Of a stretch of DNA of 46,871 nucleotides, positions 9,804 through 17,387 are shown piece by piece. The notes under the pieces were generated by a model, which was not told where the DNA came from, ran no database searches, and saw only the letters and a list, made by a program, of their open reading frames with translations. The stretch is taken from positions 1 through 46,871 of the forward strand of contig JBAXXB010000003.1 in assembly GCA_037128115.1 (NCBI GenBank), written 5' to 3'. Source of the DNA: Bacteroidota bacterium (GTDB lineage Bacteria > Bacteroidota > Bacteroidia > Bacteroidales > UBA4417). Every line of letters begins with the position of its first letter. The stretch's first letter is position 1. Both the position numbers and the translations under genes were made by a program.

Positions 9804-10103
9804 ATGCAAACCGAATTTTTAGTTGCTGTTGATGAGTTCTGTGCCAGTCACAACATTGAAATTTCATTTATCAGTTCGTTACAGCAAAACGGGTTGGTAG
9901 AAATAATCACTTTAGAGCAAACCGGGTTTATCGACGCCGAACAGCTTCCGCAAGTGGAGAAATTTATCCGTTTTTATTATGAACTGGATATTAACATCGA
10001 AGGCATAGAAACCACTTCGTATATGCTCGACCGTATCCGTAGCATGCAGGACGAAATAATTCAGCTGCGCAACCGCCTCCGCCTTTTTGAACTGAATGAG
10101 TAG
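9804..10103 (+). CDS. cbpM: Chaperone modulator CbpM
   Basis: MerR-like, ELDINIEGIE...LRNRL; immediately downstream of cbpA. Confidence 0.85.
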   Translation: MQTEFLVAVDEFCASHNIEISFISSLQQNGLVEIITLEQTGFIDAEQLPQVEKFIRFYYELDINIEGIETTSYMLDRIRSMQDEIIQLRNRLRLFELNE

Positions 10104-10213
10104 ATGACAGAACTAAACTCTTCTGAAGAGTTAGACTATGTTTTTCTGTTATGGGAATAACGACTGATTTAGATATTAAGCTTAATAATCAGGATGCACG
10201 CAGGCAATATCAG

Positions 10214-10298
10214 TGTGAATTATGTAACTCTTTTCAGGAATAATGTAACACTTTTAGGAAGGGATAAACGCACCTTTGCCATGTGGAAATTATTTCAC
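10214..10298 (+). promoter_or_regulatory. Conserved promoter element, copy 3 (before csbD-1)
   Basis: TGTGAA 10214; TGTAAC at 10223 and 10244; ACCTTTG 10272-10278; GTG-N10-CAC 10283-10298. Confidence 0.8.
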
Positions 10299-10334
10299 AA
10301 TGTTCCGCCAGTTGCGGGAATAAAACCTTGAAAA

Positions 10335-10520
10335 ATGAATACTGTTGAAGCAAAAGGAAACTGGAATGAGCAAAAAGGCAAGCTCAAAATGAAGTTTGGA
10401 TATTTAACCGACAATGACCTGATGTTTGAAGAAGGCAAGAAAGATGAGATGCTCGGAAGACTTCAAATCAAACTCGGTAAAACGAAAGAGGAATTGCTCA
10501 AAGTTATTGCATCGCTTTAA
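10335..10520 (+). CDS. csbD: CsbD family general stress protein
   Basis: [34 protein letters not shown]. Confidence 0.9.
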   Translation: MNTVEAKGNWNEQKGKLKMKFGYLTDNDLMFEEGKKDEMLGRLQIKLGKTKEELLKVIASL

Positions 10521-10543
10521 CTACGGGCATTTTGAGAAAGATT

Positions 10544-10578
10544 CCGTTTAGCGGGATATATCGCTAAACGGGTCTTTT
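10544..10578 (+). terminator. Intrinsic terminator
   Basis: CCGTTTAGCG/CGCTAAACGG stem followed by GTCTTTT. Confidence 0.65.
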
Positions 10579-10622
10579 GAAAATCAGCATAACCAAATCT
10601 AAAACAATTAACAAACCACCAG

Positions 10623-11069
10623 ATGAAAAGGACAATGATTACTCTCGCTATGGTATCAACGCTTATTGCGGGTACCATATTATCCGGCTGCAAACCTTCG
10701 ACAGCAAAAGTGGAAGCAGCACAGGAAAATGTACAGGATGCAAAACAGGAACTGAAGGATGCTCAGAAAGACGCTACCGCTGAAGAATGGAAGGCATTTA
10801 AAGATGAATCGAATGTGAAAATCAAGGACAACGAAACCCGTATCGCTGAGTTAAAAGCAAAAATGAAAAGGTCGGGCAATAAACTGGATGCACTCTACGA
10901 AAAAAAGATCGATGAACTGGAGCAGAAAAACATAGAATTGAAAGCCAGGATTGATACGTATGAAACCAGTGCCCATAGCAACTGGGAATCCTTTAAGCTT
11001 GAATTTAACCATGATATGGATGAACTTGGAAAAGCCATGAAAGACCTTACGGTCAATAATACAAAATAG
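10623..11069 (+). CDS. Coiled-coil lipoprotein, function unknown
   Basis: Lipobox LSGC; charged helical body; WESFKLEFNHDMDELG. Confidence 0.8.
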   Translation: MKRTMITLAMVSTLIAGTILSGCKPSTAKVEAAQENVQDAKQELKDAQKDATAEEWKAFKDESNVKIKDNETRIAELKAKMKRSGNKLDALYEKKIDELEQKNIELKARIDTYETSAHSNWESFKLEFNHDMDELGKAMKDLTVNNTK

Positions 11070-11086
11070 TCTGAAAAGCAGATTGT

Positions 11087-11119
11087 AAGAGGCGGGAAAG
11101 CAATTTCCCGCCTCTTTTT
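11087..11119 (+). terminator. Intrinsic terminator
   Basis: AAGAGGCGGGAAA-GCAA-TTTCCCGCCTCTT followed by a T run. Confidence 0.85.
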
Positions 11120-11197
11120 CTGCTACCTGTATTTTCATTCTATTCTAAGGACGGGTAACCCGGAAATAGATGGTGTATTGACTTAATCACCGGGAAG

Positions 11198-11282
11198 TGT
11201 GAATGATGTAACTCTTCGAATGAATTGTGTAATGCTCCCGGGTGATAAGAGACTCACCTTTGCAGTGTGAAAATTATTTCAC
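11198..11282 (+). promoter_or_regulatory. Conserved promoter element, copy 4 (before csbD-2)
   Basis: TGTGAA 11198; TGTAAC 11207 and TGTAAT 11228; ACCTTTG 11256-11262; GTG-N10-CAC 11267-11282. Confidence 0.8.
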
Positions 11283-11318
11283 ATTCACCCCTGAAATTCA
11301 GGAATATAAAAACAAGAT

Positions 11319-11504
11319 ATGAATACCATTGACGTAAAAGGAAGCTGGAATGAGAGAAAAGGGAAACTAAAACAAAAATTTAGTTTTTTAACGGATAATG
11401 ATCTGCTGGTCGAAGAAGGCAAAACTGACGAACTGCTGGGAAAACTACAGCTCAAACTAGGTAAATCAAAGGATGAACTGCGCAGGATAATAGCTGCCTT
11501 ATAA
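11319..11504 (+). CDS. csbD: CsbD family protein, second paralog
   Basis: 41/61 residues identical to 10335..10520 by manual count. Confidence 0.9.
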   Translation: MNTIDVKGSWNERKGKLKQKFSFLTDNDLLVEEGKTDELLGKLQLKLGKSKDELRRIIAAL

Positions 11505-11562
11505 TTCACATCATTTTCCGTAAAACCCGGAGATTTGTTCCAATTGTCCTGATAATAACGCT

Positions 11563-12006
11563 ATGAAAACAAATAAAAAGACTATCCTGATGAAAAAGAT
11601 CAGTTTCATTGTTTTTACCTCAATACTGATACTTACGTTGAATTCCTGCGCAACAAAGGCGGGTTTCTCAACCTCAAAAGTTGTCCCTGAAGCACGTGGG
11701 TACGTAAAGGTTGAAGTTGATGACAATAAAGACTACGTGATCAGAATCCATCTCTCTGACCTGGTAGAATCCTCAAGGTTACGTCCATCAAAACGGACCT
11801 ACGTGGTTTGGATGGTAACTGACCAGTATACCACGAAAAATATCGGACAGGTGTTTAGTTCGGCCAGTGATTTCCCGTATAAACTGAAGTCAACGTTTGT
11901 AGCAGTATCTCCTTTCAAGCCAGCCAAGATATTTATTACGGCAGAAAATGACGCATCCATTAAGTACCCTGGCGTGCAGGTTGTGCTTTCAACTAACAGG
12001 TTTTAG
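11563..12006 (+). CDS. Hypothetical lipoprotein
   Basis: Lipobox LNSC; TYVVWMVT, KNIGQ, IFITAE; alternative start at 11590. Confidence 0.75.
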   Translation: MKTNKKTILMKKISFIVFTSILILTLNSCATKAGFSTSKVVPEARGYVKVEVDDNKDYVIRIHLSDLVESSRLRPSKRTYVVWMVTDQYTTKNIGQVFSSASDFPYKLKSTFVAVSPFKPAKIFITAENDASIKYPGVQVVLSTNRF

Positions 12007-12088
12007 CTCATCAAAAACAAGTAAGCTGGAGTGAATTCTAATTTCCATGCATAAATTCAACTCAATAACATTAAACTTAACAGGTAAA

Positions 12089-12250
12089 ATGGGCACTCTT
12101 CTCAATGTAATAGCTGTAATTATGATCATCTTATGGGCTGTAGGATACTATGCATACGGTGCCGGTCCATTTATCCATAGCCTCCTTGTTATTGCTGTCA
12201 TAGCAATGTTATTAAGGGTTATTCAGGGCATTAGGAGTTCAAAAGAATAA
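12089..12250 (+). CDS. lmo0937-family small membrane protein
   Basis: MGTLLNVIAVIMIILWAVG...FIHSLLVIAVIAMLLRVIQG; ATG 12089 preferred. Confidence 0.8.
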   Translation: MGTLLNVIAVIMIILWAVGYYAYGAGPFIHSLLVIAVIAMLLRVIQGIRSSKE

Positions 12251-12375
12251 TATTATTTTGATGACAGGCTCAAATCTGCAGGTATCCCGGCAGGAAATAC
12301 TATTAAAAATAATTCAAACGTTATGTGCGGGATTTCATGCGACTTTGGACTAGTTTATAAAAACGAAAGATTTAA

Positions 12376-13056
12376 ATGGAATATAAAATGAAAAATTCAG
12401 TATTTGCACAAACATATTACCTGTTGGCAATATGCATATTGCTCGGAAGCCAGGCTGTTATGGCCCAGGAACAACAAACGGCAAATGAAACGCAATTTGG
12501 TCTCAAGGGAGGAGTGAATTTTTCTGATCTCTTTACCGAAGGTGCCGACAGGTCTAATACGATAGCCGGTTTCAATGCCGGTTTATTCGCAAAGGTGGCT
12601 GTCGCATCAAAATGGGCCATCCAACCTGAAATATATTATACCACCAAGGGAGCCGAAGTAACGTACAACAACAGTTTTGTTGATGGTACGGCCCGTTTCA
12701 GGCTTAATTACATTGAAATGCCGCTTCTGCTTGTTGCCGATATTGGTGACAAAGTACAAATCATGCTGGGTCCCTATGCTTCTTACCTTGTCGGTGGTAA
12801 AGTGAAAAATTCATCCAATGTCCAGCTGTTTAATTTTGAAGACAATATCAGTGTAAACGACTACAACCGGTTTGATTTTGGAATAGTGGCAGGCATCTCC
12901 ATGGATTTTGGGACAGTAAGTATAGGGTCCAGGTATACCTATGGATTAACTACCGTTGGGAAAGAACGAACCTTTGCAGGATCACAATATACTTTCCCCG
13001 ATGCTAATAACGGCGTATTGAATTTCTTTATGGCTGTTCCGATACTTGGAAATTGA
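12376..13056 (+). CDS. Porin family / outer-membrane beta-barrel protein
   Basis: Signal peptide, FGLKGGVNFS, IQPEIYYTTKG, LNYIEMPLL, GPYASYL. Confidence 0.85.
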   Translation: MEYKMKNSVFAQTYYLLAICILLGSQAVMAQEQQTANETQFGLKGGVNFSDLFTEGADRSNTIAGFNAGLFAKVAVASKWAIQPEIYYTTKGAEVTYNNSFVDGTARFRLNYIEMPLLLVADIGDKVQIMLGPYASYLVGGKVKNSSNVQLFNFEDNISVNDYNRFDFGIVAGISMDFGTVSIGSRYTYGLTTVGKERTFAGSQYTFPDANNGVLNFFMAVPILGN

Positions 13057-13194
13057 AAATTTTCCAGGTCCACCTGTTAAAATGCTGATTTGATTTGTAT
13101 TAAATAATAGACTAACCGGCCATAGCAGGGTTGATAAACGAAAACCATAGCAATTATCTGATTATAGCCAGAACTCACCTATAGTAAATTTTTA

Positions 13195-14247
13195 TCAGGC
13201 TGTTATAATTTGAGTGGAAGTTTCAGTAAAATGAACCCAAATTACCTTGCCTTCAACCAGGTTCAGACTTCGCTGCAACTCAATGCCAACGCTGGCATGA
13301 AGCTGGAACCCCAGGTCTATAAGTACATCAAACCCGGTTCTCGATGCCGATACTTCAATGATCCTCCCTGTAAAAGTATTTGGTTGACTTGCAGGAGTAT
13401 TTTCTGATGTTAAAGTCAGATGTTCTCCTCGTATCATCAGGTGTCCTTGCCCGGAATGTAATTTTTGGGACGAAGCAACTTCAATGTTTTCAGTTAGTTG
13501 TGCTACGCAGCCTGTTAGTGTTTCCTTGATTTTCACTTTAAAAAAATTCCGGATTCCAACAAAATGAGCAACAAACTCCGAACGGGGAGAGTTAAAAACT
13601 TCTGCCGGCGAGCCTACCTGTACTATCTTGCCTTCATGGATGATAGCTATACTGTGAGCTAATGAAATAGCTTCGTCAAAATCATGTGTTACATGTATAA
13701 TGGTCTGTCCTTCGCGGTTGAGCTGACGGAGCAGGGATCGTATATCGGTTTTCAGTTTGGTATCGATGGAGGCAAGGGGTTCATCAAGTAAAAGGACTTT
13801 TGGCTTTTGCACCAGGGTTCTTGCCAAAGCCACTCGCTGGAGTTCTCCCCCTGACAGGGTTGATGGCAGACGGTCAAGGAGTTGCTCTATCTGCATCCGT
13901 TCAGCTATGGATTTAATGAGTTGCTGCTTCTGCAGGGGATGGTACGTCTGCCCCTTTAAGGCATAACCAATATTGCCTCTTACTGTCAGATGGGGAAAAA
14001 TGGCATGATCCTGGAACACCAGGCCGGCCTCACGATCCTGGGGTTTCCCGTTTTCGACGGATATCCCATCCAGGAAGATTTTACCGCTTTTAGGGGCAGA
14101 AAGCCCGGCAATCATTTCGAGCAGCATCGACTTGCCTGAGCCAGACGGGCCCAGGAGAATAAAATATTCTCCCATACTCACCTTGAAACTGATATCATTC
14201 AGGCTAAAGCCAGGGTAGCTAAGGCAAATATTTTGAAGTTCAAGCAT
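13195..14247 (-). CDS. wtpC: Tungstate/molybdate ABC transporter ATPase, probable C-terminal TOBE region
   Basis: GPSGSGKS, LSGGE, LLLDEP; overlaps wtpB. Confidence 0.8.
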   Translation of the reverse strand: MLELQNICLSYPGFSLNDISFKVSMGEYFILLGPSGSGKSMLLEMIAGLSAPKSGKIFLDGISVENGKPQDREAGLVFQDHAIFPHLTVRGNIGYALKGQTYHPLQKQQLIKSIAERMQIEQLLDRLPSTLSGGELQRVALARTLVQKPKVLLLDEPLASIDTKLKTDIRSLLRQLNREGQTIIHVTHDFDEAISLAHSIAIIHEGKIVQVGSPAEVFNSPRSEFVAHFVGIRNFFKVKIKETLTGCVAQLTENIEVASSQKLHSGQGHLMIRGEHLTLTSENTPASQPNTFTGRIIEVSASRTGFDVLIDLGFQLHASVGIELQRSLNLVEGKVIWVHFTETSTQIITA

Positions 14248-15034
14248 TTGGGCCCGGGTTTGTTTTTACGCGCGAAAGGCTGCGAAGCAAGATGAACAAT
14301 GTTAGCGAGATAAGGATAAAAAGCACCGAAACCGGGCGTGCATATTTCAGGCCGAAGGCACCGAATCGTTCGTAGATCAGCACGGGGGTTACCATGGGAT
14401 AATACGCCACGACAATTACCGCACCAAATTCACTCATTCCCCTGGCAAACATAAGGATAAGACCAGAAACAATATTCCTCCAGGCCAATGGCAGTGAAAG
14501 AGTAAAGAATACCCTGGCCGGCGAAGCCCCTAAGGTGAGAGCCGCCTTTTCGAGGCGAAGGGGAACGGCCAGGAACCCGTCGCGGGCCGAATTTACCAGG
14601 TATGGAATGCTCACAAAAGCCATAGCTATTGCAATACCAGCCGGGTGGCCAACAAAGTCGAGCCCCACACTTGACCCTATTTTGCCTAGTACAGAGTTGC
14701 GCGAAACAAATCCCAGTATAGCAATACCCGCAGCTGAATGCGGAATCACAACCGGCAGGTCAATGATACCTGTGACCAGCCTTTTCAAAACAAAATTACG
14801 CCTTGCCATAAGATAGGAAAAAGGTATAGCGGCGAAAGCAAACAAGATGGTTGCCACCATTGAAACCCAGAGTGTAAGCCAGATGCTTTCGCGTACTTCT
14901 GATTCACGCCAGGTATCTAACAGGTCACCCGCAGGTGTCGCCAGGAACATGCCCAGCAGCGGTGCCATTATAAAAAGCAGGAGCAGGGCACCCAGGAACA
15001 TAAACACCAGCTGGAAGGAGGAATACCTGTTCAT
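14240..15034 (-). CDS. wtpB: Tungstate/molybdate ABC permease
   Basis: IIDLPVVIPHSAAGIA, EAA loop LEKAALTLGAS, ARGMSEFGAV. Confidence 0.85.
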   Translation of the reverse strand: MNRYSSFQLVFMFLGALLLLFIMAPLLGMFLATPAGDLLDTWRESEVRESIWLTLWVSMVATILFAFAAIPFSYLMARRNFVLKRLVTGIIDLPVVIPHSAAGIAILGFVSRNSVLGKIGSSVGLDFVGHPAGIAIAMAFVSIPYLVNSARDGFLAVPLRLEKAALTLGASPARVFFTLSLPLAWRNIVSGLILMFARGMSEFGAVIVVAYYPMVTPVLIYERFGAFGLKYARPVSVLFILISLTLFILLRSLSRVKTNPGPNA

Positions 15035-15069
15035 GGTCGCTATTCGTGAATGATTGGTTTGTGAAAAGT

Positions 15070-16044
15070 CTACTTTTTAGTTGCAAAGGGTTTCAAAATC
15101 GCAGGTAGTTTATCATAATTCTGAACCGGCATGGGAATAACCGAAGGCTGCCCGTCTTTCTCCATTATTTTCATGCCCTTGTTTTTGGCAAGCATAAAAG
15201 CGACGAAAGCTTCCGCAGCGGCCCGGTTGGGGGCATCGCGCAAAATAGTCACTCCATAAATCATAGGCTCTCCAACCATAAGCTGTTTTTCACCTGGTTT
15301 ACTCCCGTTAATTTCGACTTTTGCAGTCGCATACAGGCTTGCCATGGAAGGGTTTTTCAGGTTGACCTGGTCGGGGAGTATGACATACTTTAACTTATGC
15401 TGTATGGCAATGGATCGGTAAATGAAAATATAATCAATACTTCCTGATTCGAGGAGTGCAACCATATCGACTTCCTTAGGACGCATATATTCCTGGTTTT
15501 TCCCCAGCATATTTTTAGACAAACCAGGCTTTTTATAGTACTTCTCCGCCAGTTGCAGGGCAAGTACAGTCCTGTATCCGCAGGGATCGCTGTTTGGGTC
15601 GGCCCTTCCGAATGTGACGTCGGGTTTCATAAGGGTTTCGTACCAATTGGCTGAACTGATTTTATCTGAATACCGGCTTTTGTCGGTATAAACAATAGCC
15701 ATTTCGTTGGAGGCAAATTTGATATTCCAGTCGGCATACTTAGGAATCAGCATTTTGTCGATAACCGAATAATCAGCCGAGGCCATGATGTCGCATGGCC
15801 TGTCCAGGTCGGTGATTTTTCGTGCCGAGGCAACAGATCCTGCTGACTCGGGTAATAGCTTCACATTTGGATAGACCTTTGTAAACTCGGTGATAATATC
15901 TTTAAAAGGAACCGACAGGCTGCCTGCATGGAAGATGATAAGATCTCCGGAAATACCGGTTCCTTGTTTCTGTGCTTTTATAGTAAAAGAAGTGACCACT
16001 AATAGAGTCAAAAAGATAAGCCGTAAGGGGGAAATAGTATTCAT
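15070..16044 (-). CDS. wtpA: WtpA-class tungstate/molybdate-binding protein
   Basis: IFHAGSLSVPF, AGSVASARKI, DIMASADY, DPNSDPCGYR, RPKE and YRSIAIQH are typical of WtpA rather than ModA or TupA. Confidence 0.9.
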   Translation of the reverse strand: MNTISPLRLIFLTLLVVTSFTIKAQKQGTGISGDLIIFHAGSLSVPFKDIITEFTKVYPNVKLLPESAGSVASARKITDLDRPCDIMASADYSVIDKMLIPKYADWNIKFASNEMAIVYTDKSRYSDKISSANWYETLMKPDVTFGRADPNSDPCGYRTVLALQLAEKYYKKPGLSKNMLGKNQEYMRPKEVDMVALLESGSIDYIFIYRSIAIQHKLKYVILPDQVNLKNPSMASLYATAKVEINGSKPGEKQLMVGEPMIYGVTILRDAPNRAAAEAFVAFMLAKNKGMKIMEKDGQPSVIPMPVQNYDKLPAILKPFATKK

Positions 16045-16064
16045 CTATGGCTGGTTTTGATGTT

Positions 16065-16092
16065 GCCGTTATGCAAATGTATTCATATTGAA
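16065..16092 (-). promoter_or_regulatory. wtpA -7 promoter (TACATTTG, 16081-16074) overlapped by a ModE-like box
   Basis: CGTTAT-N12-ATATTG at 16067-16090 versus the ModE core CGnTAT-N12-ATAnCG. Confidence 0.55.
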
Positions 16093-16303
16093 CCGTCTTC
16101 CGGGAAAGGAAAGTGATAAATGTTACCGGTAATACAACCTGTAATTCACAGTTTTTTCTGCAGGATCACTGGCGATCGTTTCGTTAGGTACTCTTAAACC
16201 CAAATTAAATGATTCAATAGCAGCTAAATGCATGGATTGATACAAATACTCGCCAGGTAATTTCAGAAAACAGATGAGCCGCCGGAATTTTATTTCGGGG
16301 CAT

Positions 16304-17311
16304 CTAATTCACAAACATTATCGATTCTACCGATTTTATAGCCCTGTCGGAGAAAAAGTCTGCGGCAGGAAAAACCTGGAAATCACCCCCGTCAGCCCCT
16401 TTTTTGAACGGTACAACCAGGAATTCGTCCTGGTCGTTACGGTTCATGACTTCGCTGAAACTGAAGGCGGCATGATAACCATCCTTGCCTGCAATAATAA
16501 ACAAACCGGTTTTCAGGCTTTTTTCATCCACCTTCACGTATTTTGAAAGCAAGTCTTTCAGTAAAATCCCCTTGAATGGAGTGGTGCCGTGAATTCCGCG
16601 CCCCCTGCCGTAAAATACTGCCGGGTAGGTGAGTTTCTCAAATTCTGCTGGCAATTCACTGATGGAATCTAAAATATTTATTCCGTTTGAAACCAGGAAA
16701 CTGCCGCTGTTCATCGGGTTCATACCCTTGTTGATCAGGTATTTGCCGGAGTAAGATTTAACAGTGATCCTGGTCGGATTGCTGATATTCCTGTGTGTAA
16801 GCAGGTCGGAAGCTACTACCAGCCTGCAATCGGTCGGAAGCGGCCATAGGTCTTTTGTTTTGGAAGGAACGATACGTGCAACCTGGGAGGCTACCAGGAT
16901 TTCATGCCGGTGTACGGGGTAATAAATCTCCCCCCAACTAAAAATGACTTTTTCACCCTCATTGTTTTCAATTTCGACATATAAATCGATAATAGGAGGG
17001 AAGTCTGCTTCGTTTTTCTTCTTCAGTACTGCCTTGTTCAAAATATCGTAGAGCGAGTATCCATCGTAGCGATAGGCGCCTACAAACTTGTCCTTGCCAT
17101 CCTGTAAGAGAGTTTCTTTTACTATCACTGACCGGAGAGGCAATGATTCGAGATCAGCAGATCCGGGATTGGAAATTTCGCCCAGGATTTCTATCACCGG
17201 CATCTTTAGCTTGATAGTTTCTGCATCATCATAAAAATCGTTGGTCTGGGCTTTTATAGCAGGAATAGAAAGCAGGAAGATTGCGATCAGGGCAGGAATC
17301 AATTTTTTCAT
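16304..17311 (-). CDS. Exported protein with two molybdopterin-oxidoreductase-like domains
   Basis: Signal peptide from ATG 17311 ending KA-Q; repeats YDGYSLYDIL...GEKVIFSWGEI and FKGILLKDLL...GKDGYHAAFSFSEV. Confidence 0.6.
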   Translation of the reverse strand: MKKLIPALIAIFLLSIPAIKAQTNDFYDDAETIKLKMPVIEILGEISNPGSADLESLPLRSVIVKETLLQDGKDKFVGAYRYDGYSLYDILNKAVLKKKNEADFPPIIDLYVEIENNEGEKVIFSWGEIYYPVHRHEILVASQVARIVPSKTKDLWPLPTDCRLVVASDLLTHRNISNPTRITVKSYSGKYLINKGMNPMNSGSFLVSNGINILDSISELPAEFEKLTYPAVFYGRGRGIHGTTPFKGILLKDLLSKYVKVDEKSLKTGLFIIAGKDGYHAAFSFSEVMNRNDQDEFLVVPFKKGADGGDFQVFPAADFFSDRAIKSVESIMFVN

Positions 17312-17387
17312 CAGGGATAGAATTAAATTATTGCTTTCGGTTTTGAAAGTGTCAGTTCGCGCACTATATGCCATCAATTAGGCAAAC

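Noticed and set aside
16093-16303. Moco/tungsten riboswitch upstream of wtpA
   Set aside because: Only a short CTGGCGA/TCGCCAG inverted pair; the wtpA promoter lies downstream of this gap, and no motif was recognised
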